Positions 43,610 to 54,582 of a stretch of 64,000 nucleotides of DNA are shown one piece after another; position 1 is the first letter of the stretch; the number at the start of each line of letters is the position of its first letter. The stretch spans positions 32,001 to 96,000 of the forward strand of contig JASGJN010000014.1 in the NCBI GenBank assembly GCA_049840735.1. The letters run 5' to 3'. The DNA is from Anaeromyxobacter sp. GTDB lineage: Bacteria > Myxococcota > Myxococcia > Myxococcales > Anaeromyxobacteraceae. The position numbers and the translations under genes are program-made. The notes beneath the pieces are model-generated. The model worked only from the letters and a program-made list of their open reading frames with translations. It had not been told where the DNA came from and did not search any database.

Positions 43610-45341
43610 CTAGAACACCGAATAGGTTGAAAGGGATCTCATCACGCCACCTTGCGCTGGATCGCTTCGAGGTTCTGGATGGCCGAGGCGCGGCGTAGGT
43701 CGAAGAGGTTCCGCCGCACGCCGCGGTAGCGGGCCCGCCGGCCCTGGCGCCGGACGAGGTGAGCGAGGCGGTGCTCGACCCCGACGCGCTCGCGCAGGCG
43801 CGCCCGTCCGCGCGGCGTGATGAGGTACTTGCGGAGGCGCTGCTGCAGCCGCTCGTCATCGGCGATGTTCACGGTCCGTCCTGCGCCCGGAGCCGCGGCG
43901 GTGCACTGCGCGCGCAGCTTGCAGTGATCGCAGGCCTCGGGGTCGAACTCCGTCACCGACCCGAACTCAATCCGCTCCACCTCGCCGGCCGGGCAGGTGA
44001 TGGTGAGGTCGCGCACATTGATCTTGAAGGCGGCCTTGGGGAAGGCCCGCTTGTTCCGCGAGATCCAGGGCCGGCAGATCACCTCGCCGCCGCGGCCGAG
44101 CACCTCGTCCACCAGTGCCGCCTTCACGTAGCCGCGGTCGATGTGGAGCTCACCGATCTCGACGCCCTGCTGCTCGATGTCACCGGCCAGGCCGGCAGCC
44201 GCTTCCTCCTCCGGGCGGTTGGCGGGCGTGATCGCGCCGGAGAGGATGATCCCGGAGTCGAGGTCGGTGGCGATGTGGCGCTTTAGCCGTTGAAGCGCTT
44301 GGCCTTGCTCTTGCGCCCGTGCCGCATGTCCGGGTCCGTCACCGAGACGCGGCGGTCCGGGGCCACGCCCTCGCGGACCTTCTTCCCGCCGCCACCCGGG
44401 TCGGGCTCCAGGTCCTGGTTCATGATCTGCTGCAGCGTCGCGAGGTCGTCGCTGAGCGGCGGCTTTGCCAGCTCTGTCGCGAGATTCGCGGCCAGCCAGT
44501 CCTGCAGGTTCTCCAGCTCGATCACCAGCGCCTTCACCGCCGAGGACTTCTGGACCGGGTCGCTCCAGTCGCGGTCGAGCGCTGCCTTGACGCTGGGCGC
44601 CAGCAGCAGCGGGGCGCGCGCCTCGCGGCACACCTGCTCCGGCGTCCAACGCAGGAGGTCTGCGGCGCAGTCCACCACCCTGCGGGCCGCGTGCGCGAGC
44701 AGGTTGAGCGTGTCCTCGACCCGGCCCGCTCCCTCCAGCGGCGCCGAGTCGATCGCCACCCGCAAGGTCTTAGGCAGCTTCTTCCAGTCGAACTCCTTCG
44801 TGGCCCTCGCCAGCTCGACCGTGCGGTCGAGCAGCCGCCGATCCATGTCGTGCGCGATGAGCCGCTCTCGGAACGCCTGCAGGGCGCCCTGGGAGAAGGG
44901 CGGCTCCGTGGCGCCCAGGCAGCCGAGCACCATCTGCCAGCGCAGGTCCATGACCGCCGCCTCGACCGCGTCCGCGTCGGACAGGCCCAGGTATCCCTGG
45001 AGCAGCAGTGCCATCGCGAGTTGGGCTGGCGGCCTTGGATCCGACCCGGCGCCCGTGTCCCGGTACATCGTCTCCAGCTCGCCCTGGAACTGATCGTCAA
45101 ACAGCTCGTCCCGGTGGCGGCGCAGGAACCCGAAGAGCTTTCGCTTGGTCTCGAGCCGCTTGAGGATGAACTGCTCCTGTTTCGTCGGCTCTCGATCCGG
45201 CTGCCACCGCTCCATCGCCACCGCCTCCCGCGCGGGCGACGGCCCGCGCGGCGCGAAGAGATCACGGCCGCATGGGGCCTGTCGATCCTCGGCGCGTAAG
45301 CGATGGGAATCATGGGCGGTTCAAGCCGATCGGTGCTCTAG
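43610..45341 (-). mobile_element. IS1182-family element inserted at CTAG
   Basis: Ends CTAGAACACCGAATAGGTTGAA / CTAGAGCACCGATCGGCTTGAA (rc); CTAG at 43610 and 45338; exact TSD (TA or CTAG) ambiguous. Confidence 0.8.
43642..45221 (-). CDS. IS1182-family transposase; one -1 frameshift at ~44284
   Basis: DUF772-like N-terminus (LLLQGYLGLSD), VAIDSAPL, DPDMRHGRKS, (GY)KRH, IDRGY, CPAG, RVGVEH; adding 1 nt gives 527 codons. Confidence 0.85.
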
Positions 45342-45484
45342 CGGTGGTCTGGTTGCGCCCGTAGCCTCGTATACCTCCGCCTGCGGCAGGATCTGGTAGC
45401 CGATGCTCTGTCGCGGTGATGTCAGACGCTTGGTGGACACTGAATATGCTGGTCGTGTTCCGCCCTCCGGGGCTGGGAGGCACC

Positions 45485-46513
45485 ATGTTCGGGCCACTTC
45501 TGCGGGAGCTTGAACGTCTCAAAGGCGGGATGACCCTCACTTTCCCGCTCTTGGCCGATGAGCGCGGATACCTCGACAAGGAGTGTCCCGGGGACTCCTG
45601 TAAGTACCAGTTCAAGGTGCTCGAAGAAGACTGGGTGGCGAAGTTCCAGGATGAGGCAGTGTACTGCCCGATGTGCGGGCGCAGCGCTCCTTCGGACCAA
45701 TGGTTGACGACCGAGCAGGTCGAAGAAGCGCAGCGGCAGGCGGTCGCCCACTTAGAGGCGAAGATCGGTCGAGCTCTCGACGCCGGCGCTAGCGAGTTCA
45801 ATGCCCGACAGCCGCGTTCCGGCTTTGTTCGATTCTCCATGAGAACGACCGGAGCTAGGCCGGCCCCCGTCATTGTGCCTTTAGCGGCAGCTGACATCCT
45901 GGAGCAGCTGTTAACATGTGAAAAGTGCGGGGCACGCTACGGCGTTCTCGGGGCTGCCTTCTTCTGTCCCTGCTGCGGACACAATTCGGTGGAGAGAACG
46001 TTTCTCGGGTCTCTTGAAAAGGTCCGCACCAAGGTCGAAAAGTTGGAAGTCGTCCGGCGTGCAGTGGCGGACGACTCGGGTCGTGACGCCGCCGAAATGC
46101 TTTGTCGGTCGCTTCTGGAGTCGGCTCTTCTGGACGGCGTGGTTGCGTTCCAGCGGATGGCTGAATGGCTCTTCAGTCAGCTGCCGGGGACCACTGCGCC
46201 TCCATTTAATGCGTTCCAGCGCTTGGAACAGGGGAGCGCGCTCTGGCTGTCCGCTGTCGGTCTTGGCTATGCGCAGTGGCTGGATCCGGCTGAGCTCAGG
46301 GCGCTTAAGGTCTTGTTCGAACGAAGGCACCTACTGGCGCATCGAGAAGGACTTGTCGACTCCCGCTACTTGGCCCAGACGCAGGATGGCGAGTACTCGC
46401 TGGGCCAGCGCATCGTTGTGACATCCTCGGACGTGAGCCGACTGGTAGACTCGGTTGAGAAACTGGTGATGGGAATGCAAGCGGCCGTGCAGAAAAGACT
46501 TCCTGGGCCATAA
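45485..46513 (+). CDS. Zn-ribbon + HEPN-like protein
   Basis: CPGDSC, CPMCG, CEKCG, CPCCG; C-terminal RHLLAH (Rx4H); GGGAGG RBS. Confidence 0.7.
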   Translation: MFGPLLRELERLKGGMTLTFPLLADERGYLDKECPGDSCKYQFKVLEEDWVAKFQDEAVYCPMCGRSAPSDQWLTTEQVEEAQRQAVAHLEAKIGRALDAGASEFNARQPRSGFVRFSMRTTGARPAPVIVPLAAADILEQLLTCEKCGARYGVLGAAFFCPCCGHNSVERTFLGSLEKVRTKVEKLEVVRRAVADDSGRDAAEMLCRSLLESALLDGVVAFQRMAEWLFSQLPGTTAPPFNAFQRLEQGSALWLSAVGLGYAQWLDPAELRALKVLFERRHLLAHREGLVDSRYLAQTQDGEYSLGQRIVVTSSDVSRLVDSVEKLVMGMQAAVQKRLPGP

Positions 46514-47060
46514 GGAAGATTGATCTCATCTTGACGGCCCGAAGCGCCCACGGGCTCGAGCCGTCGTTCGCACCCTAATGCCGGGCCATGCGGAGTCGGC
46601 AAGACGATAGACTGGCCCGAGTTGCGCAATCGAGGTGGGGGCGCGGGATTAGCCGTCCTCGCGCGGCGACTCCTCCGGCGGCTCGTGAGCAGCAGTCTTC
46701 TCTCTACGTACCTTCATCGCCTGGAATTTGGGCCGAAGGACGTATATCGTCTCGACGATGGCGACGAGAAAGTCGAGCGCTTCGCGTGCGTCCTGCGAAG
46801 TAACAACGTCGTCAGTAGGGTGCGCTCCGATGTTTCCGATGAACCGGAGAGCGTCGCCCCATTGAGCGAGTTCGTCGCTGATAAGCCCCTTGTCCTTCAT
46901 CACGTGGAGGGCACGAAAGAGAGGCTTCGCGTCGGGCGCGAACTCCTTCCCGATGGCCTCCAGCGTGCGGCGAACCATGACCGCGGTCGCGAGGGGGGCG
47001 CCAGCAACTTCGCACCGAGTCGCCTCTCTGAATGACTCTTCAACCCTCGGGGGCAAGGGG

Positions 47061-48759
47061 CAGACCTGATTCCCGCTGACCCGTCGCCTCGCGGTTCTCG
47101 CGCCTGGGGCGCTTGAGACTCCACTTCGCCCCGAGACGAGGGTGAGTTTCGTGGCTCGGGCCGGCTCCGCCCGCCATCGCCTCGAACTCCTGATCGGCAA
47201 GATCGACGCCGGGTTCCTCCTCGGCGATCATCCGTTCGCGCGTAGTGAAAGAGGGGTGGAGGCTTCGCGGGCCCCCACCCCCCAAGAACGGCCGGAACCT
47301 CGCGCGTAATGAAGTGAGGAAGGCCGAGAGGAAGAAGATCATGCCGATCACCGAAGCACAAGCCCGACGTGCCCTGCGGCACGCCGACATCCCCTGGGAC
47401 CGGGAGGTCGAGGATCCTCGAGAGGACGCCTGGGTGGTCCACGACCACCTCGGCCTGCTGGGAGGCCTGGCCGCCGCCTTCTCCGTGGGCTGTCGGAGCC
47501 TGCGTCGCGCCGAAGACTTCTTCGCCGACCTCGGCCTCGGCGCCCGTCGAGCGCTGGGGCTCTCGGTCGTGGGGAAACCATGCGACACCACCCTCTACCG
47601 CCTGCTCGCCCAGCAGTCGCCTGCCGGCCTGGAGCAGACGGTCCTGGCGCAGGCGAAGGATCTCTTCGCCCGCAAGGTGGTGAGGCACGACCGCTTCCCC
47701 GTCGGCGTGATGAGCTTCGACGGCAAGGGGACCTGGTCCCGGGTCGACGGCGAGCAGCTGCCGGGCGCCCTGCAGTCCGCCTACGACGCCGAGGGCTCGT
47801 CGGTGCAGACCTTCGGCGCCCTCCGCGCCGCGCTGACCTCGTCCGCGGCCTGTCCCTGCGTAGGGCAGCGGATCATCGGCTCCAAGGAGGGCGAGTCCCC
47901 GGCGTTCCGGGAACTGCTCCCCAAGCTCCACTACGCGCTGGGCGCGCATTTCCGCATCGTCACCGGCGACGCCGGTCTCTGCGCCCGTGAGAACGCGGAG
48001 CTCGTGAGCTCGCTCGGCTGCTGGTACCTGTTCGGCCTCAAGGGCAACCAGCCGTACCTGCACGCCTTCGCCCGCGAGCACGGCGAGTACACGATTGGTG
48101 ACCCGGTCGCCCGGACCGCCGAGCGGTACAGGGGCCACACCATCGTGCGCGAGCTGTACGTCCGCGACGTCGCCGGCGGCCCATCCGTCGTCATGGAGGG
48201 CGCCCAGCAGCTCTGGTACGTCTGCCAGACCACGACCGACCGGCGCGGCGAGATCGTGGCGGTCGAGCAGCGGTACTTCGTCACCTCGATCCCGGCTGGG
48301 AACCTGACCCACAACCAGGAGCTGGCGCTCGTCCGTCTGCACTGGGGCATCGAGAACCGCTGCCACTGGACCCTGGACGTGGTGCTGGGCGAGGACGATG
48401 GCCACCCCTGCCAGGCGAACCGCGCCGCCATCGAGACTGTCAGCTGGCTGCGGATCATCGGCTACAACGCGCTGAGCGCCTGGCGGGCCCTGGCGCCTCG
48501 CAAGGACGGCAGCCCCATCGCCTGGGCCCGCGCCGCGGAGACCCTCCGCGACGCGCTGCTCGTCACCCGGGTCGCCGATCAGCACGGGCCCGCCGCCGTC
48601 ACCTGAATCACCGGCCCGCAGGCCGCCCCTTCTTCATTGCGCGCTGACAACCTGACCCGTCCCGCGGCCGACGCCGCTGGGCGACCTGCGTCCCGCCGCT
48701 GCGAGAGCGGCGCCGAGATGGCGGCGAAGATCATCCCGCGTCAGCGCGGATCGGGTCTG
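47061..48759 (+). mobile_element. ISAs1-family element, copy 2 (1699 bp), 11-bp TSD
   Basis: TIRs CAGACCTGATTCCCGCTGAC / CAGACCCGATCCGCGCTGAC (17/20); TSD GGGGCAAGGGG at 47050-47060 and 48760-48770. Confidence 0.93.
47341..48606 (+). CDS. ISAs1-family transposase
   Basis: Close paralogue of 32184-33455; HWGIENRCHWTLDV. Confidence 0.9.
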   Translation: MPITEAQARRALRHADIPWDREVEDPREDAWVVHDHLGLLGGLAAAFSVGCRSLRRAEDFFADLGLGARRALGLSVVGKPCDTTLYRLLAQQSPAGLEQTVLAQAKDLFARKVVRHDRFPVGVMSFDGKGTWSRVDGEQLPGALQSAYDAEGSSVQTFGALRAALTSSAACPCVGQRIIGSKEGESPAFRELLPKLHYALGAHFRIVTGDAGLCARENAELVSSLGCWYLFGLKGNQPYLHAFAREHGEYTIGDPVARTAERYRGHTIVRELYVRDVAGGPSVVMEGAQQLWYVCQTTTDRRGEIVAVEQRYFVTSIPAGNLTHNQELALVRLHWGIENRCHWTLDVVLGEDDGHPCQANRAAIETVSWLRIIGYNALSAWRALAPRKDGSPIAWARAAETLRDALLVTRVADQHGPAAVT

Positions 48760-49229
48760 GGGGCAAGGGGGCCGTCAGACTCCGCGGGGCCGGAAACAAC
48801 TGCGGCATCGACTCACGGTCCCAGGGCTCCGGTCCGGTTTCGTACTCACCGGTTAAGCCGGGACGCCGGCACCTTATGCAGTGACCGAAGAAGTAGATCT
48901 CGACTAGCTCACCCTCGCCGGGCGAGGTGGCGTGGGTGCCATCTACGACAAGCTGCATGTGCGCCTTACAGTCAGGGCACCAGAACTGGCGAATCTCACT
49001 CATGGCGGGCTCGATCCCAACGTCAAGGGGCGGCCTGGTGAAAAGACGAGCAGATCGTTCGGCGGGTCGCCTTGCGTGCTGAACGCCGAACAGCGGCGTT
49101 GTGACGTCCCGCACCCACGGTTCAACCCTAGGGTTTCATCCCCTGTGGTCCTTGTCCGTCCCGGGTGTACCATCCGTACCTCAGCTGGGCAGGGTCGCTG
49201 TACACCTACATCCGGCCAGCGGACCGACC

Positions 49230-52200
49230 ATGGACGTCTTCTCGCTTCGCGATGCGGTCGTCGACGAGTACCGCCAGTTCGCCACGTCGTTCACGACAAT
49301 CTGCGCGGAGGACCTCCGTCAGAAGATTCGAGTCGATCTACGCCGAGGAGCGGTACTGGCCCGAGCCGCTCATTCAAATCAACCCCCGTTACCGTACCGT
49401 CACCACCATCCAGAAGCAGGTGGACGACGGCCTCCTCGACCCGGGCTGCGCCGAGATCTTCCGGGGCAACCACTCTCAGGAGAAGCCGCGCGGCGAGCCG
49501 CTCTCGCTGTATCGCCACCAGCAGGAGGCGATCGCCCTCGCGCGGGCGGGCGAGAGCTACGTTGTCACCACGGGCACCGGCTCCGGCAAGTCGCTCAGCT
49601 TCTTCATCCCCATCGTGGACGCGGTCCTCCGGGCGAAGCGGAGCGAAGGCACCAAGCGGACGCGCGCCATCGTCATCTACCCGATGAACGCGCTGGCCAA
49701 CAGCCAGCAAGAGGAGCTCAAGAAGTACCTCGGGAACGTGGAGGGGCCGCCGCCGGTCACCTTCGCCCGCTACACCGGCCAGGACGACAACGACCGCCGC
49801 AAGGCCATCGCCGACGACCCGCCCGACATTCTCCTCACCAACTTCGTGATGCTTGAGCTCCTGATGACCCGTCAGGACGCGCTCGACCAGAAGGTCATCG
49901 GCAACTGCCAGGGCCTCCAGTTCCTGGTGCTCGACGAGCTTCACACCTATCGCGGCCGACAGGGCGCGGACGTGGCCCTGCTCGTCCGCCGGGTGCGCGA
50001 GCAGCTCGCCCCCGAGCGGCTCCAATGCGTCGGTACCTCGGCGACCATGGCGAGCGGTGGCACGGCGGTCGACCGCAACCAGGTCGTCGCCGAGGTGGCC
50101 TCCAAGCTCTTCGCCGCCAACATCCCCGCCGCAAACGTCATCGGCGAGACGCTTGACCGAAGCACCGAGAGCCTCACCGAGGCGCAGGTGAAGGCCGGCC
50201 TCGGCGCCGCCATCGACGCAGGCGTCAGGTCCAACGTCTCCGACGCCGAGCTGCGCAAGAACGCGCTTGCCACCTGGGTGGAGACCCGCCTCGGCATCGA
50301 GTGGGTCGAGGCCGACCAGCGGTGGCAGCGGGCGCGCCCGCGGACTGTCTCGCAGGCGGTGGACCTCCTCTCGGAGGAGAGCGGGCGGGACAAGGCGGCC
50401 TGTGGCAAGGCGCTTCGCCAGCTGCTCCTCGTGAGCAGCGTGCCGGAGTCGGCCCGCACCAAGGCCCCGGGTGCCAGCGAGCGGAGCTTCTTCGCCTTCA
50501 AGCTCCACCAGTTCATCTCGGGCGCGGGCTATGCCTACGCCACGCTCGAAAAGCCGGGCCAGCGCTTCGTCACCGTGGACGGCCAAGTCTTCAAGCCGAA
50601 CGACGAGAAGAAGCGTCTCTACCCGGTTCACTTCTGCCGGGTCTGCGGGCAGGAGTACCACCCGGTCCGCCTGGAATCGGACGCTGGCGAGCGCCGCTTC
50701 TACGCGCGTGACATCGACGACGCGCCCATCAAGCGTGATGCGGATGAGGGCGCCGCCCCCACGCCCGCGCCGGTGACCGCCGAGGAAGCGCCGGACGATC
50801 CGGTGGAGTTCGGATTCCTCACGCTCCACCCGTCTGACGAGGGCTTCGAGTTCTCCAACGAGGACGAGGACTACCCGGAGGCCTGGCTCGAGCCTGATCC
50901 CCGAGGCACCCTCCGCCTCAAGCGCAACTACCGCGACCTCCGCGCGCGGGAGTTCCTGGTGGAGCCCGACGGCAAGGCCGGCTCGGGGCTCAAGGCCTGG
51001 TTCCTCCCAGGCAAGTTCCGCTTCTGCCTCCGCTGCGGCGACACCCAGAGCTCCGCCGCGCGCGACCGCAACCGTCTCGCGTCACTCTCCGCCGAGGGGC
51101 GCAGCTCCGCCACTACCGTGCTCACGGCCAGCGCGCTGCGGTGGATGCACAACGGGAAGTCGGGCCTGGAGCGGTACACCCGCAAGCTTCTCGGCTTCAC
51201 CGACAACCGGCAGGACGCCGCGCTCCAGTCCGGCCACTTCAACGACTTCCTTTTCGTGAGCCTCCTGCGCGCCGGCTTCCTGCGCGCCCTCGAGGCGGCC
51301 GGTCCCGATGGTTTGCGCGCGGATCAGCTCGGCCTTGCGCAGCAGAAGGCACTCGGCTTCGACGCCCGCTCGCCCGAGATCAGGGCGGAGTGGCTCCTCG
51401 AGCCGACGCTCCGGGGCATCAACCTGGAGGACGCCGAAAAGACGCTGCGCGACGTCCTTGCCTACCGGACCTGGTTCGATCAGCGCCACGGCTGGCGGTA
51501 CACGAACCCCAATCTGGAGCAGCTCGGGCTGCTCTCCGTGGACTACCGCGGCATCGACGAACTGGTGAACGACGAGACGCTCTTCGCCAGCGCGCCCGAC
51601 CCTCTCAAGTTCGCCAAGCCTGAGGTTCGCAGGGCCGTCTACAAGGAGCTCTTCGACCACCTTCGTCGTCTCATGGCCATCCGGAGCCAGGTGCTGGAGC
51701 AGAGCGCCATCGAGCAGCTCATCTCGCGCTCCCATTCGCGCCTGCGGGCGCCCTGGGGGTTCGCGCAGGGCGAGCAGCCGCGGAGGGCGCGGTGGCTCTT
51801 CGTGACGCCCCCAGCGCGCGGCCGGATCTCGCTGCGGGACGAGGACCTCATCGCCCGCGGCGGCGCCCGCTCGGCCCTCGGCAAGACGTTGCGGGACAGC
51901 AAGCTCTGGGGCGGCAACGGCTCGGTTCGGACCCTCAAGACCAAGGACTTCGAGTCCCTGGTCTCAGCGCTACTGGTGGCAGCCAAGGAGATTGGCATCG
52001 TCACGCAGGACGTGACCTCCTTTGACGACCAGCTCGGCTGGCGGCTGGTGGACGGCGCCGTCGTCTTCCGGCGGTCCACGCCGGAGGAGGAGGCCAGGCT
52101 TCGCAAACCGGCCAACGCCTTCTTCCGCGCTCTCTACGCTGGCCTTGCCGACCTCCTCGCGCTCCCCGGTCACCCGCTCTTCGGATTCGAGGCCCGTGAG

Positions 52201-54580
52201 CACACCGCGCAGGTGGAGAGCGAGAAGCGCGAGGTGCGAGAGCAGCGCTTCCGCTACGGCAAGAAGGAGCAGGAGGACCTGGAGGCCCGGAAGGAGCAGC
52301 TCCGCGAGATCGGTGAGGTGCCCCGATTCCTGCCGGCCCTGTTCTGCTCACCGACGATGGAGCTGGGCGTCGATATCTCGGCGCTCAACGCCGTCTACCT
52401 GCGCAACATCCCGCCGACGCCGGCCAACTACGCCCAGCGGAGCGGCCGCGCCGGCCGCAGCGGGCAAGCGGCGCTGGTGCTGACCTACTGCGCCGCGCTC
52501 AGCCCCCATGACCAGTACTTTTTCCGCGAGCCCAAGCTGATGGTCCACGGCGAGGTACGCCCACCGCTCCTCGATCTCGCGAACCAGGAGCTGGTCGAGA
52601 GCCACCTCCAGGCCATCTGGCTGGCCTGCACACGCGAGCCGCTCGAATCCGGCCATCTCGCACCTGCTGGTACTCGACGACCCGAAGCGCCCACTCCGGC
52701 CCGAGCTTCGGGAGCAGATGGCCAAGCCGGGAGATCACCGCCGAGGCGACGCGGCGCATCCGGCGCGTGCTCGAGATGCTCGAAAGCGAGCTCACCGAGA
52801 GGCGCGCTCCCTGGTATCCGGGGAAGGAGGCGTTTGCATCTAGGGTCGCGGCGGGAGCACTCGCGGCCTTCGAGCAGGCCTTCAGCCGGTGGCGGGACCT
52901 GCTTCTCGCGGCCGAGAGCCAGATGGCCTCCGCCAACGCAATCAACATCAGCCACACCGCGCGCCCCGAGGAGAAGAAGGCTGCCAAGAGCCGCTACCTG
53001 CAGGGCCTCGACCAGATGAACCTGCTGAAGCAGGGGACCAACAACCTCTCGAGTGACTTCTACACGTACCGGTATCTCGCCACCGAGGGGTTCCTCCCCG
53101 GCTACAACTTCCCCCGCCTGCCGCTCATGGCCTACGTGCCGGCCTCAACCGACGGCAGCGGTGGCAAGCAGACCTTCCTGCAGCGGCCGCGCTTCCTGGC
53201 GCTCTCCGAGTTCGGTCCGCGCAGCCTCGTCTACCACGAGGGGCGCGCTTACCGCGTGGTTCGGGCCCTCCTTTCGCTCTCCGGGCTCGATGCCACCACG
53301 CCCAATGCCGAGCTGCCCACGAAGTCGGTGCGCATCTGCCGGAGCTGCGGCGCCGGCCACTTCACGCCGGAGCGCTCCACCTGTCACGGATGCGGCGTGT
53401 CGCTCGGCGACGCTGAGCTGGTGAACCACGTCTTCCGCATCGAGAACGTGGCCACGCAGCAGGCCGAGCGGATCACGGCCAACGACGAGGAGCGCCAGCG
53501 CCAGGGATTCGAGCTGCAGACCACCTTCCAGTGGGCCGAGCGCGACGGTGACGTGGACGTCCGCAAGGGCGTGGCGGCCGACTCTGACGGAGAAATCCTG
53601 CGGATCGGCTACGGCCCGGGCGCCACCATCACCCGCGTCAACAAGGGGCTCCGCCGCCGCGCCAACAAGAAGCAGCTCGGCTTCCGCATCGATCCGGTCT
53701 CCGGTTACTGGGCAAAGAACGAGGACGAGGACGACGAGAATCGCCAATCCGACCAAGGCGGCACGCCAGTCGATCGTTCCGAGCGTGGAGGATCGCAAGA
53801 ACGCGCTTCTCGTCCAGCCGGCCGAGGCCGACCTCGACGAGGTTACGCTCATCACCCTGCAGCACGCCTTCCTGCGCGGCATCGAGGCCGTCTTCCAGCT
53901 GGAGGAGGGCGAAATCATGGCCGAGGCCCATGCCGACCAAGGACGACCGGAACGGCTTCCTCCTCTATGAAGCCACCGAGGGCGGCGCCGGCGTGCTGAC
54001 CCGGCTGGTGTCGGACACCACGGTCATCCAGGACATCGCCAACGCGGCCCTGTCGATCATGCACTTCGACGTGTCGAACGGGCTCCCGGCCGAGCCGACG
54101 GCGCTCTCCGACAAGCCCGGGACCAGCTGCGTGGCCGCTTGCTACCGCTGCCTCATGTCCTACTTCAACCAGCCCGACCACGAGGGGCTGGACCGCCGCG
54201 ATCCCAAGGTGAAGGAGATCCTCCTCCGCCTGGCCGGCGCCTTCACGAGCGGCCTCATGGAGGAGGACGCGCCTGCGCCCACCGCCGCGGCCGCTGGCCC
54301 GTCAGGCCCGCCGGCAGCACAGGGGCAGGCCACCAGCGCCGTGCTCCAACGCTGGCTGGTGGAGGCCGCGGCACGCGGCCTCCCTCGCCCGGATGCCCAG
54401 CACGCGGACGGGGGCGGTCACCTCGTCTGGCGTGACTACTTCGTGGCCGCCATCATCGAACCGACCGATCCCGCCGTGATCGGCCGCCTCGCCGACAAGG
54501 GCTACCAGCTCCACCACTTCGGCGATCCCGCCACCTGGCCCCAAACGTTTGAGACGCTCTCGCAGGCGCTCGCCAACTGA
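49230..54580 (+). CDS. Large SF2 (YprA/DrmA-like) helicase fused to DUF1998; ~1781 aa after correcting five +1 frameshifts
   Basis: TTGTGSGKS, YPMNALANSQ, LDELHTYRG, GTSAT, SPTMELGVDI, QRSGRAGR; C-terminal EATEGGAGVL..CVAACYRCLMSYFN; frames join at ~49327, 52647, 52730, 53740, 53925 (5351-5 = 5346 nt). Confidence 0.88.
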
Positions 54581-54582
54581 CC

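Larger units (their letters stand above)
46649..49003 (-). pseudogene. DUF4145 (HEPN-like) protein with N-terminal Zn ribbon, interrupted by ISAs1 copy 2
   Basis: Removing the IS and one TSD copy restores 645 nt in frame: MSEIRQFWCPDC...SLTAPLP|PRVEESFREA...MVRRTLE...LRFIGNIGAH. Confidence 0.85.
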
